Source of the DNA: Verrucomicrobiota bacterium
GTDB taxonomy: Bacteria; Verrucomicrobiota; Verrucomicrobiia; Opitutales; Coraliomargaritaceae
NCBI GenBank assembly: GCA_039815375.1
Contig: JBCBZJ010000009.1
Location: 46,296 to 110,295 of the forward strand
Length of the DNA stretch: 64,000 nt
Direction: 5' to 3'
Of the stretch, positions 35,674 to 45,645 are shown one piece after another. The translations under genes were made by a program, and so were the position numbers. The notes beneath the pieces were generated by a model. It was not told the origin of the DNA. It worked only from the letters and a program-made list of their open reading frames with translations, and ran no database searches. Numbering within the stretch: the stretch's first letter is position 1; each line of letters begins with the position of its first letter.

Positions 35674-38600
35674 TTATTGTGTCCACTTAGAGGTCATAGA
35701 GTCGCGTTGAGTTTGAAACTCGACCGCATCCAAAGCTTCGCTGTAGATCTGAATTTCACCGAATATCCCGTCAGTTTTGTGGTTCGTATTCGACGAGCCG
35801 CCTATATACATAGGAAAGTTTGGTGAGAAATCGGCATTTGGCGCAATTGTTTGAGTTGTGGCATTGCCCAACGAATCCCAGTAAGCGACTACACCGGTTG
35901 AAGCTTCGTAAGTCAGGCCGACGACAAAGGATTGTCCGGCAGTCACCCGCGAGCCGATGATGTTCGTAATAATAGTCGCGTCAGACAAACGAACATGGAT
36001 GTCTCCATCATTTTGCACGAAGATCTTAATGTTTGGTTTCTGAAAGCCTCCTCCGCCTGCGATGATGTTATTCTCTGCACTCAGATCGGAAACCTCGAAT
36101 GCTGCTAATATGGTGTAACCGCCTGTGGCCGTTCCTGTGGCAAAATCGAAGAGGGCATTATTTTCCGATGTGCTCATGATTTGGTTTCGATTTAACTGAT
36201 CCCAGCCAATGCCCTGTTCTCCGGAATCCATTACAGTTGCACTGCTTTGCGTCATGCCGCTAACGGTGACATCCGAACCCATTCCATCGGTATAAGCCTT
36301 GCTCCATGCAGTTACGCTGTTACCTGATTTGGTTAAACTCGATGTGTCTGATGCATCATAATGAACTGCCAACTCACCTGCGTAATAGACCGGTAGTGTT
36401 GGAGAGGCACTTGAGGCGTTACCGACGATGTCGAAGGCTTCAATGTAGTATTCGTAATTGGTGTGACTTGCTGGATCATCATCATCGAAGAAGATAGGCT
36501 CAGCTGGTTCACTTATTGTTGTTAGCATCGTGTAGGCAGGCTCTCCTTCGGCCTTACGGTAAACATCGTAGCCAGCCACGTCCCAGGTCATCACATTAAA
36601 CCAGCCTAATCTCAGATCCTGATCAACATCTGCAAAGAGAATCGATGGTGAATCTGGAGCAGTCGTTTCCTGATTCCGTGTTTTTGTTATCGAATTTGAT
36701 TGGGCCGATTCATTGCCCGCAGCATCAACTGCTGTGAGGTAATAGGTATAGCGGGTTGTTTGGTCCGCTTGATAATCCTTATACTCTAGATTAGGTGACC
36801 TGATTAGACCTGTATTTAGTTTTATCGTTGTCGCCAATACATCGCCATCTGCGTCGTAGCGATAAAGATTGTATCCGACAACACCATCGGATGCCGGGTT
36901 TGTGTTCCCCCAAGTAGAGCGCAGTATTGTTCCACCATTATGGTAAATTCTTACAAGAACCGGGGCTTGTGGGGCGACTGTATCCGGGGTGTCGTCAACC
37001 GGAATGACATGCATGTTATCCAAGTAAGCGGTCCCTCCGCCTGAGCCACCATCACGAAGCCACTGGAACGTTACTTGAGTTAGGTTTGTGGCACCGGAAG
37101 GTACATCTATATAACTGACATAACTTTCGAATTTTTTATCAAACAAATCCGGGTCCAGAGTCAGTGTGATATCGCCATTCTGCAATGAACCACCGTCAAA
37201 CTTGACACGCATCCGTACCCTGACACTGCCGGGACTCGTACCATCATTATCTCTGAATGCAGTACGTGCTCTCAAAAGCAGGCGATCGGCGTTGCCAAGA
37301 GGGATGCTGACATTTTCAAAGGTTGATCGCGTGGTCGTTCCCGAGCCACCTCCGGTCAGCCCCTTACTTGCAACATACTTGCCACCACCATTGCGTGGCA
37401 CAACCGAGTAGTCATTGACATAAGCCGCATCCTTGATTGCAGCGAAATTGAGACCGCTGAGACCGGATGCCTGATCTTCAAAGTTTTCAGAATAAATGCT
37501 CTTCGGGCTCGTAATGGCATCCCAATACGGAGTCGACCCCCAGCTGGTTGCATCGTAGGGCCACATGAGTTTGCACCATTCAATGACGTCATCCACAAGC
37601 ATCTCGTCGATACCTGCATCGACCAATAACGGCAGTAATCGGTAAAGCCTTGTTACGTTATCGCTGCTGAAATAATCAGACGTTCCAGGGATCCATTCGG
37701 TTGGCAGAAATGTAGATTCTTCAAACTGGTGGTTATTTTTAGTTTTGCCACGTGGGAATGTCGTTGTGTCAGTCATGTCATAGGACTGTATAACATCTAG
37801 CCATTCATACAGATATGCTTCATATACCTTATCAGAAAGACCGCTTTCAATCGCATCCAGAGCACCTTCAAATAAGTAACGTTGTGCACCACTAGCGGCA
37901 AAGAAAAATTGTGGGTGTAGTGTTCGCTGAGAGAAGCCACCTTGCCGAATACCTTTCCCTGTGTATCTCATCTGAAGCATCTTTATCTGAGTGACCAGAC
38001 GCTGCATTCCATAGTAGTTATTTGATCTCTCGCTTGCGTCAACTGTATGGGCAAGCTGGTAGGCCCAGTCCAGAGGAACATTCATGGACCATTGCTTGCG
38101 AAAACCAGACTGAAGAATCATCTGCAAATGGTACCATTGATTGGATTCCATTTTACCCAGATTGGATGGCTGGCCATCGAAGTTTGTCCAGTTATCAGAT
38201 ATGATGTGTGGCGCATGTGAAAACACGAGACTTGTGCCTGATGGAATGCTCAAAGCCTCCGGTGTATAGTATGGATGATTTGCCTGTGCCGAAGCCTCAT
38301 CATCCATTATGGATTCAAGGTCGTATTTACGAACAATTTCCAGGGTCTTCATGGCTGACCATTTGGCGAGGTTTTGCGGCACCTCTTCCCGGTGCAACCA
38401 CGGATTTCGGCGCAGGGAAACCGGAGATTCGAGGTCATAATTCTTGCCTGAAAGTCGCCAGCCGAAGTGATCGTTCAGACCTCCACCCAGCCAGTTTCCA
38501 ATGTCTTTATGCAGCTGCCCAACAGTTGAGTAAAGGGTGCCATTGGAGGCACGTGTTACCGCACCGGATGTGCTGGTAATCGCTGTTTTTAAATTTCCGT

Positions 38601-39783
38601 AGTAGTTGTATGGCACGTTGTAATCAGATGCAGTCGGCCACATGTCCTCGGGTGCGTAGATCGGCAGCCAAGTGTTCCAATCGGGCATTGGGATCGAGAC
38701 TGGAATCTCGCGAACACTCAGAGTGGTCTCGTGATCCATGACCTTGCCAATATTGGCTCGTGACGTGTCTGCGGTTCCAGGTGAAGATGCATCCGGAAAA
38801 ATATAAGGCAGAATTTCGTTTTCGCTCTTAATCCATTCGAGGCCTGCGCCTGCCATCCATTTCTGTGTCTTGTCCAGAACCACGGCCGTGCTGTCGCTTG
38901 GCTGTGGGTCGAGATTCGGGCCGGGCTGGAACGGTGGGTTCCATGGACGGCCTGGGTTGGGTGAGGTATGGGAACGAATGTAACTGGTAACCTGCTCTGC
39001 TTCGGTCTGTGTTAAACCGTGGAACATGGCCCGAGTGATAATCGATTCATTCGAGTAATTGAAATAAGTAAGGTCAGAGCCGTCCTCAAAGTGGCAGGAT
39101 GAGCAACTTGCGTTGATGGATTGAAGTGTGACCGGGTCGTTGACCAGATTTGCAGTTGACCAAAGTGTTTGCCCTTGGGCTTCTTCTCCGGGTCTCGGTG
39201 CTGTCCAGCCATTGGGATCTTCCTGCGTGAAATACTGAGTGCCCAGGATTCTGTTTTCGCTGGTGTCGATAAAATCGAAGTCGAGAACTCGAATTGTACT
39301 GACTACGCCGTTCGTTCCATTCAAACGAAACGATACATCATTATTACCCGTTACCACAAGACCTGCCGGGAGTGACGCGTCGAAACGAATCGTGCTGTTT
39401 ATCCCTCCGATGCCTCCTTGGCTATGCTCTGGCTCCAGAATGCTTATCGTATGGTTGTAAAGGGTGATCCATTCACCGTTATTGACTTTTACCGAGACCT
39501 GACCGCCGAAGCGAAGATTATGGATTTGCGCATACAGTCGATTCACTGACTGCGCACCGGAAGATACATTTACCGTAACCGTTTGGATCATCGGTTCGGC
39601 GTTGTAACTGGATACGCGGAGAGGGAGTTGGAGACCGAAGGTAGAGCTGACGCAAAATAGAGTTAAAGCCGGGAAAATCCTTCGGGACAGTTTTGTAGGG
39701 AATTTTAGTTTTTGAGACAGTCGAGACAACAGAGACAAGGGTATAGGTAGGTCCATTATTATATGTAGCACCAAAACGATCAA
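35674..39783 (-). CDS. Large secreted multidomain protein: c-type heme motif, FN3-like repeats, C-terminal LamG/concanavalin-like domain
   Basis: Signal-like segment TLFCVSSTFG, CSSCH motif, FN3-like DTVAPQAP...GYNLYR...YYLTAVDAAGNES plus a second copy, and C-terminal LAVHYDASD...GEIQIYS. The start may be ATG at 39756. Confidence 0.75.
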   Translation of the reverse strand: MIVLVLHIIMDLPIPLSLLSRLSQKLKFPTKLSRRIFPALTLFCVSSTFGLQLPLRVSSYNAEPMIQTVTVNVSSGAQSVNRLYAQIHNLRFGGQVSVKVNNGEWITLYNHTISILEPEHSQGGIGGINSTIRFDASLPAGLVVTGNNDVSFRLNGTNGVVSTIRVLDFDFIDTSENRILGTQYFTQEDPNGWTAPRPGEEAQGQTLWSTANLVNDPVTLQSINASCSSCHFEDGSDLTYFNYSNESIITRAMFHGLTQTEAEQVTSYIRSHTSPNPGRPWNPPFQPGPNLDPQPSDSTAVVLDKTQKWMAGAGLEWIKSENEILPYIFPDASSPGTADTSRANIGKVMDHETTLSVREIPVSIPMPDWNTWLPIYAPEDMWPTASDYNVPYNYYGNLKTAITSTSGAVTRASNGTLYSTVGQLHKDIGNWLGGGLNDHFGWRLSGKNYDLESPVSLRRNPWLHREEVPQNLAKWSAMKTLEIVRKYDLESIMDDEASAQANHPYYTPEALSIPSGTSLVFSHAPHIISDNWTNFDGQPSNLGKMESNQWYHLQMILQSGFRKQWSMNVPLDWAYQLAHTVDASERSNNYYGMQRLVTQIKMLQMRYTGKGIRQGGFSQRTLHPQFFFAASGAQRYLFEGALDAIESGLSDKVYEAYLYEWLDVIQSYDMTDTTTFPRGKTKNNHQFEESTFLPTEWIPGTSDYFSSDNVTRLYRLLPLLVDAGIDEMLVDDVIEWCKLMWPYDATSWGSTPYWDAITSPKSIYSENFEDQASGLSGLNFAAIKDAAYVNDYSVVPRNGGGKYVASKGLTGGGSGTTTRSTFENVSIPLGNADRLLLRARTAFRDNDGTSPGSVRVRMRVKFDGGSLQNGDITLTLDPDLFDKKFESYVSYIDVPSGATNLTQVTFQWLRDGGSGGGTAYLDNMHVIPVDDTPDTVAPQAPVLVRIYHNGGTILRSTWGNTNPASDGVVGYNLYRYDADGDVLATTIKLNTGLIRSPNLEYKDYQADQTTRYTYYLTAVDAAGNESAQSNSITKTRNQETTAPDSPSILFADVDQDLRLGWFNVMTWDVAGYDVYRKAEGEPAYTMLTTISEPAEPIFFDDDDPASHTNYEYYIEAFDIVGNASSASPTLPVYYAGELAVHYDASDTSSLTKSGNSVTAWSKAYTDGMGSDVTVSGMTQSSATVMDSGEQGIGWDQLNRNQIMSTSENNALFDFATGTATGGYTILAAFEVSDLSAENNIIAGGGGFQKPNIKIFVQNDGDIHVRLSDATIITNIIGSRVTAGQSFVVGLTYEASTGVVAYWDSLGNATTQTIAPNADFSPNFPMYIGGSSNTNHKTDGIFGEIQIYSEALDAVEFQTQRDSMTSKWTQ

Positions 39784-40458
39784 TGATAGTCATTGAACTA
39801 CTTGGTGGGGGTAAGGGGGATAGGAGGTAAGGGGCGGGGGAAGTCGGCTATTTGGTAGTATAGCTAACGTTGGTTAAACCTTTAACATAATAATTATAAT
39901 GTCAACTAATTTAAGTTAAAAGGCATTTGTCTTAGAGTCAAAAAAAGTCACTTACAAAAGAAAGTGAGTGTTCCAAGTGCCTGCAAGATAGATGGATTAT
40001 GAGGCTCGTTTATCTATTTTGCTACCGCAGCGCCTGGCCTGGCCAGTCGTGTTGCTCTCTTTAACTTTATGCGGTCGCACGCCAGATTCCTTCGATCCGT
40101 ACACAGTTTTCGAATTCAGTTGGCAATGTAACTGTTTGAACGATATTTCTAATTAGAACTCGCGTGGTTTTTCTGGAATGTACGGGCTAGAAGCGATTTT
40201 TGATGGAGAGCTCGTCTCAGCAAAACAGTGGAGGATATTTCGGTCAAAGATGTGCTGACTGACGGCACCTCCACGATTGACTTTACTTACGACGAGACGG
40301 GCTAACTTGTTCAAAAACGACACTACGGATAGGGAAGGGAATTTGGAATAGAAGAAGCAGTGGATTGATGAGGGTATTATCCTAGCAGGTTTGCTATGAT
40401 GTGTCTTGATTTTCCCTAAGACAGGGAATACTACCTCTCAGCTTACTTTAATTACCAT

Positions 40459-42195
40459 ATGAATACCCTAGAAGTTGTTTTGTTTGTTATTGCCGTTGTC
40501 GGTGTCATTGGTCTCGGAATCTGGAAAAGCCGTGACGAGGACCAGGGAGGCGAAAAAGGTGCTACGGATTATTTCCTCGCGGGGCGAGGCCTGACCTGGT
40601 GGTTGGTCGGTTTTTCCCTGATTGCAGCCAACATTTCGACAGAGCAGTTCGTTGGTATGTCGGGGGCCTCAGCCAATTGGCTTGGCATGGCGATCGCCTC
40701 CTATGAATGGATCGCGGCAATTACTTTGGTTTTCGTTGCATTCTGGTTCTTGCCCCGATTCCTCAAGGCGGGTCTCTATACGATCCCTGAGTTTCTCGAA
40801 TACCGTTTCGACGGGGTAGCGCGCCTAGCTATGGCGATACCTGCGATCGTGACTCTGGTTTTTGTCACAACGTCATCGGTCATCTTCTCGGGTGCCAAGT
40901 TTGTCTCGGAATACTACAACACCGTTCCGATCCTGAACAGCCTGACTGCAATGTGCTGGTTGATCGCAATCTTTGCAGCAGTTTATGTTTTTATCGGTGG
41001 TTTGAAGGCCTGTGCCTGGACCGACTTGATTTGGGGTGCCGCGCTCATTGTGGGAGGAGCTATTGTGATGGTGCTGGCATTCAATGTTTTGGCTGAAAAG
41101 CCGGCTGAAGAGCTTATTCTGACAAAGGTGGCCAATTCTGATGCGACCGTTGAGATGATTGAGGCGGCTGGGCCCTGGGAGCGTTTCATGCTTCTTAATG
41201 ACGGTGTGGATGGCGAGGCCGAGGCGCGTAATGGACCTAATGGTTCCGGTGGCAAGGTCCACATGGTGCGTCCAAAGGAAGACTCCGACATTCCGTGGAC
41301 GGCCTTGCTCATCGGTTTATGGATACCGAACTTTTTCTACTGGGGTCTGAACCAATATATCGTGCAGCGTACGCTCGGTTCAAAGTCTCTTGCAGAAGGA
41401 CAGAAGGGTATTGTTTTTGCTGCCTTTTTGAAGTTGCTGATTCCTTTTGTCGTGGTGATTCCCGGCATTCTTGCCTATAACCTCTTCAGTGGTGATTTGT
41501 TGAATGCGTCGACGGGAGAGTATGACTATGACCGTGCTTTCCCGGTTCTGGTGCGAAATCTTATTCAACCCTTGCCATGGCTTTCCTGGTTCGTTCTAGC
41601 AGCACTTTCAGGAGCGGTCATTAGTTCGCTGGCTTCGATGCTGAACTCTGCATCCACCATTGCCACAATGGATTTGTATTCCAAGTTCACTAAGGAGAAG
41701 GATCCGGTAAAGCTGGTGAAGGTTGGCCGTTTCTTCGTTGTGATCTTTGTCATCCTTGCCGGATTTGTGGCACCGAAGTTGGATAACTTCACCAGTATCT
41801 TTGCCTATATTCAGGAATTCCAGGGCTTTATTTCTCCGGGCATTCTTGCGGTCTTTATCTTCGGCTTTTTCTCGCCCAAGACCCCGCGTTATTTTGGTGC
41901 AGTCGGCATTGGTTTGAACGTTGTTTCGTATGGTGCCTTCAAGTGGGCGATCGGGCCGTGGCTCGTCTCCAAGGGGTGGTGGTATGCTGAGCAGATCGCC
42001 TTCCTCGATCGCATGGCGATTTGTTTCTTCCTCGTGCTGCTTGCCGGTTTGATACTGACTATCGTCAAGCCTATTGAAAAGCCGGTTGTGATGCCGGTAA
42101 ACGATGAGATCGCGCTTGAGAGCTCCCCAGGTGCCAAGATCGTCGGTGTCGGGGTGATCCTTGCAACAATCGCGCTCTACGTTGTCTTCTGGTAA
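40459..42195 (+). CDS. Sodium:solute symporter (SSS family, SGLT-like sugar transporter)
   Basis: DYFLAGRGL, SLIAANISTEQFVGMSG and YWGLNQYIVQRTL motifs; many TM helices. Confidence 0.93.
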   Translation: MNTLEVVLFVIAVVGVIGLGIWKSRDEDQGGEKGATDYFLAGRGLTWWLVGFSLIAANISTEQFVGMSGASANWLGMAIASYEWIAAITLVFVAFWFLPRFLKAGLYTIPEFLEYRFDGVARLAMAIPAIVTLVFVTTSSVIFSGAKFVSEYYNTVPILNSLTAMCWLIAIFAAVYVFIGGLKACAWTDLIWGAALIVGGAIVMVLAFNVLAEKPAEELILTKVANSDATVEMIEAAGPWERFMLLNDGVDGEAEARNGPNGSGGKVHMVRPKEDSDIPWTALLIGLWIPNFFYWGLNQYIVQRTLGSKSLAEGQKGIVFAAFLKLLIPFVVVIPGILAYNLFSGDLLNASTGEYDYDRAFPVLVRNLIQPLPWLSWFVLAALSGAVISSLASMLNSASTIATMDLYSKFTKEKDPVKLVKVGRFFVVIFVILAGFVAPKLDNFTSIFAYIQEFQGFISPGILAVFIFGFFSPKTPRYFGAVGIGLNVVSYGAFKWAIGPWLVSKGWWYAEQIAFLDRMAICFFLVLLAGLILTIVKPIEKPVVMPVNDEIALESSPGAKIVGVGVILATIALYVVFW

Positions 42196-42361
42196 ACTGC
42201 TCTCCAGCGATACCTCGAATTCATGTTGTCGAAGCTCGGCATCTCGAGTGCAGGAGATTCCCGAAATCCTGATGCTCGGGTAGGATGCTTTGGTTAACTC
42301 CTGACGACTTCGTTTGCCAGCAGCCAGGCACTCTTCTGCTTGGCCTTTGACGAGGTCGGTG

Positions 42362-43414
42362 CTAGTTTGCTAAAATCCAAAAGTTGCGGAATTGTATCGG
42401 ATGTCCGTGGTCTTGAAGTAAGATCGGCTTGGCTTCAGTGGGGTGTTTCCCCATGCGGTTGGTTTCAGAAAACTGGGTGATTTCGGCCATCGGCTGGTCC
42501 AGATGAATGACTTTCCCATTGTGGAGCACGGTGATCTCGGGTGGGGATGTCATCTTCCCCTCGTCGTCAAAACGAGCTGCTTTAAATGTGACGTCGTAAG
42601 TTTGCCAGAGTCCTGGTGGGAGGCAGGCGTTTATCTTTGGTGGCGAGACCTTGTAGAGCGCACCGCAATCCGTCCATCCGGGGCTGATGCCGTAGCTGTC
42701 GAGAATCTGAATTTCGTAAACACCCTGGATGAAGAGCCCGCTGTTGGCACGGCTCTGACCGGAGTTTTCGGGCTCGTAGGGCAGACGATACTCAAGATGC
42801 AGTTCGATGTCTTTGTAGCCATTTTTTGTTTCCAGATTTCCGCCTTTCTTGTTGCCGGCTTTTTTGGGGTAGCACTCCAGAATACCATCTCCGATATACT
42901 TCCAGGACGGTATGTTTCCTTTGGGATGTTGCCATTGTTCAAGACCGGGATTGATAAGCTGCTGCGCGCCCGGGGCCGGTGGTAAGCCGATTGTGGGTGA
43001 GAGGCGCTCAACTTTCATTAGCTCAAACGGTGCCCATACCGTTTTGCCGTGTTTCATGAATTTGTGCGCGCCGGTCAATCGATCACCCCGAATTTCAAAG
43101 CGGACTTTATCGTCAGCATAGTGGATCGCCCCTTTCTTGGGCTTAACTATGGCTCCAAATTCGATTTCCGCGCGTCGATCAAAGGCATTCATAAACTGGA
43201 CTTCGTAGCTCCCTGTTTTGCGACCGACTACACGTGCCACAAGGCTGGGGTTGCGCTGTGGCCAGATTCCAGGCTCGGGATTGATATAGCCGCCGTCCCA
43301 ATCTCCCATGTAACTGGGGATCTCTTTCGCAGAAAGGTTCCTTTTTTGTGCGGCTGCGGTATTGGGCAGAGTGAGGCATGCCATTATGGCTAACGTAATC
43401 TGTATTAAGTTCAT
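42362..43414 (-). CDS. Secreted DUF1080 (3-keto-disaccharide hydrolase-like) protein
   Basis: Signal peptide; LHLEY, GQSRANSGLF, YEIQILDS, WQTYDVTF and LQDHGHPIQFRNFW motifs. Confidence 0.88.
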   Translation of the reverse strand: MNLIQITLAIMACLTLPNTAAAQKRNLSAKEIPSYMGDWDGGYINPEPGIWPQRNPSLVARVVGRKTGSYEVQFMNAFDRRAEIEFGAIVKPKKGAIHYADDKVRFEIRGDRLTGAHKFMKHGKTVWAPFELMKVERLSPTIGLPPAPGAQQLINPGLEQWQHPKGNIPSWKYIGDGILECYPKKAGNKKGGNLETKNGYKDIELHLEYRLPYEPENSGQSRANSGLFIQGVYEIQILDSYGISPGWTDCGALYKVSPPKINACLPPGLWQTYDVTFKAARFDDEGKMTSPPEITVLHNGKVIHLDQPMAEITQFSETNRMGKHPTEAKPILLQDHGHPIQFRNFWILAN

Positions 43415-43735
43415 GATCCGAGAATAAGCTCTTCGTGATTAAGATACGGCTTCCTGAGCATCGCTTGGTCTTTCCGCCAATGTTCAAAACATGCGGATGG
43501 CTGTGAATCCGATTTAAGTGCAGCTCTATTTGAATACTTCATTCAGTTCCTCACGAATTAAAGTAGAGAGATCGAAGTGAGGCGACAGAAAATATGAGTT
43601 CACCGTATGCGGACCGAAGCTATGATCTTTATTTTTCGCTTTTGTTTGCTGCCGGATGTGTAGAATTCATCTTTTATGGTTATCGGCAATACTTCGGCAT
43701 ATAAGGTAAGAGAATAAGCCATTTTTTAAGTTCTC

Positions 43736-44590
43736 ATGAAGAAAATCGATACACACCAACACCTGCTCTATCCCGAACAGTTTAATTACTCATGGACAAA
43801 GGATTTTCCTGTGCTTGGGGGGGCGTTTACACTGGAGGATTATCGGAACCAGGCAAAGGGCTGCGATATTGAAGGAACGGTCTTTATGGAGGTCGATGTC
43901 GACGCAGAAGACATCGCGGCGGAGGGGCAGTTTTTCGGCAGTCTAGCTGGGGACTCGAGTTCGCAAATACTTGGCATAATCGCAAGTTGCCGTCCGGAAG
44001 AGGCTGACTTTGAGGCGCAAATCGAAGCGGTCCAGAGTCCGGCGCTTCGAGGAATTCGCCGTGTGTTACACACGCATCCTGACGAACTCTCGCATTCGAT
44101 TGGCTTTCGAGCTAATATGGCGAAGCTGGCTCGGATGGGCCTTACAGCGGACCTTTGCGTAAGTCAGCAGCAACACGGCAGTGCGTTGGAGCTGATTCAG
44201 GCTTGTCCAGATACTCGTTTTATCCTCGATCACTGCGGATGCCCCGATATCGCAAAACATCCGACGTCTGATACTGAAGGTTTCCAAAATTGGAAGGCGG
44301 GCATCCATCGTCTTGCGAAGCAGGAGAATCTGATATGCAAGCTTTCAGGGATCACGGCATATGCAAAGCCCGAGCAGCGGACTAAGGCCGGACTGGCACC
44401 TTATGTCACAGAGATACTCGAGAGCTTTGGACCGCAGCGCATGGTTTGGGGGGGCGATTGGCCCGTCTGTAACTTAGCCGATGGTTTGAAAAAATGGTGT
44501 CAGTTGACTGATGAGCTGATCGCTGACTTATCTGCGGACGAGCAATCCCAAATTCTTTACATTAACGCGCAGACGTTCTACTCACTTTAG
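43736..44590 (+). CDS. Amidohydrolase_2 family protein (L-fuconolactonase/sugar lactonase-like)
   Basis: IDTHQH, ILDHCGCP, CKLSG and FGPQRMVWGGDWPV motifs. Confidence 0.85.
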   Translation: MKKIDTHQHLLYPEQFNYSWTKDFPVLGGAFTLEDYRNQAKGCDIEGTVFMEVDVDAEDIAAEGQFFGSLAGDSSSQILGIIASCRPEEADFEAQIEAVQSPALRGIRRVLHTHPDELSHSIGFRANMAKLARMGLTADLCVSQQQHGSALELIQACPDTRFILDHCGCPDIAKHPTSDTEGFQNWKAGIHRLAKQENLICKLSGITAYAKPEQRTKAGLAPYVTEILESFGPQRMVWGGDWPVCNLADGLKKWCQLTDELIADLSADEQSQILYINAQTFYSL

Positions 44591-44614
44591 AGCGTTTAAG
44601 AAATTGCGCCTGTC

Positions 44615-45625
44615 ATGTCTGCTATCATCGAAGGTATTTTCACACCTAACATCGTTCCCTACGATGCACAGGGTCGTATTAATGAGGACGAGTTGCGTCG
44701 CATCGTTCGTTGGCTCGGCGATAAAGGCGTGACTGGTTTCTACCCAAACGGAAGTATGGGAGAGTTTATTCGCCTGAGCTATGAGGAGCGCAAAAAGGTC
44801 GTCAAGATCGTGACTGAGGAGAGTGGCGGGCGTCCGGTTCTTGCAGGTGCGGCCGAACCGAACGTCGATCTCGTTTTAGAGATGTGTAACTATTGTGCAG
44901 ATTTGGGCTGCAAGGCGGTTTCGATTACGGGGCCCTATTATTACAAACTCACTCAAGAGAGTATTGAAGCCTACTTCCGCGAGCTGGCGGAGAAGTCGCC
45001 GATCGATATCGTTGTTTACAATATCCCTGCCTTCGCGAATGAAATTAGTATACCGGTCTTGAAGCGACTGGCTTTGGATTGTCCACGGATTGTGGGGACC
45101 AAGGATACCTCTCGTGACATGCCGCGTTTCCAACAGCTGATTCACGAGATCAAACCGCAACGACCAGATTTCTCGATGCTCATTGGATGGGAAGAGCTGC
45201 TTTGCACCGCGATGTTCATGGGCGCGGATGGCGGCACATTATCCAGCTCCGGTGTGGTACCTGAAGTGTTGATGAAGATTTATAACAGTGCGCTGGCCGG
45301 CGACTGGGAGAGCTCGAAGGAAGCGCAATTCAAACTGCTTGATTTGTTCTCTCTGATGGTTAACGCGCCTAACTTTCCAGAAGGTTTCCGTATCGGTTAC
45401 CAATTGCGTGGTTTTGAAACCGGCAGTGCCCGCTTTCCTTTGTCGGAAGAGGAGATCGCTTTGATGGGAGGCATCCGCTCTCGGCTCGCATGCGTGTTGG
45501 CTGAATGCGGGTTCGCAGAAGCGGCGCATGCATGCGTAAGTCGAGAATCTGCAGCACCGCAGGATGCCGAACTTCGCGAAAAGATAGAGGATATTGTCCG
45601 GGGTGTTGTTGCGTCGATGAGTTGA
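44615..45625 (+). CDS. Dihydrodipicolinate synthase family aldolase (2-keto-3-deoxy sugar-acid aldolase-like) with a C-terminal amphipathic extension
   Basis: NGSMGE, VYNIP and Schiff-base Lys in GTKDTS; co-oriented with the lactonase, 24 nt apart. Confidence 0.85.
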   Translation: MSAIIEGIFTPNIVPYDAQGRINEDELRRIVRWLGDKGVTGFYPNGSMGEFIRLSYEERKKVVKIVTEESGGRPVLAGAAEPNVDLVLEMCNYCADLGCKAVSITGPYYYKLTQESIEAYFRELAEKSPIDIVVYNIPAFANEISIPVLKRLALDCPRIVGTKDTSRDMPRFQQLIHEIKPQRPDFSMLIGWEELLCTAMFMGADGGTLSSSGVVPEVLMKIYNSALAGDWESSKEAQFKLLDLFSLMVNAPNFPEGFRIGYQLRGFETGSARFPLSEEEIALMGGIRSRLACVLAECGFAEAAHACVSRESAAPQDAELREKIEDIVRGVVASMS

Positions 45626-45645
45626 GCGGCAAATTCGTTGCCTAG

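Noticed and set aside
40204..40332. Short frame TIDFTYDETG*LVQK resembling a YD/RHS repeat remnant
   Set aside because: Too short, interrupted by a stop and without a start; could be chance.
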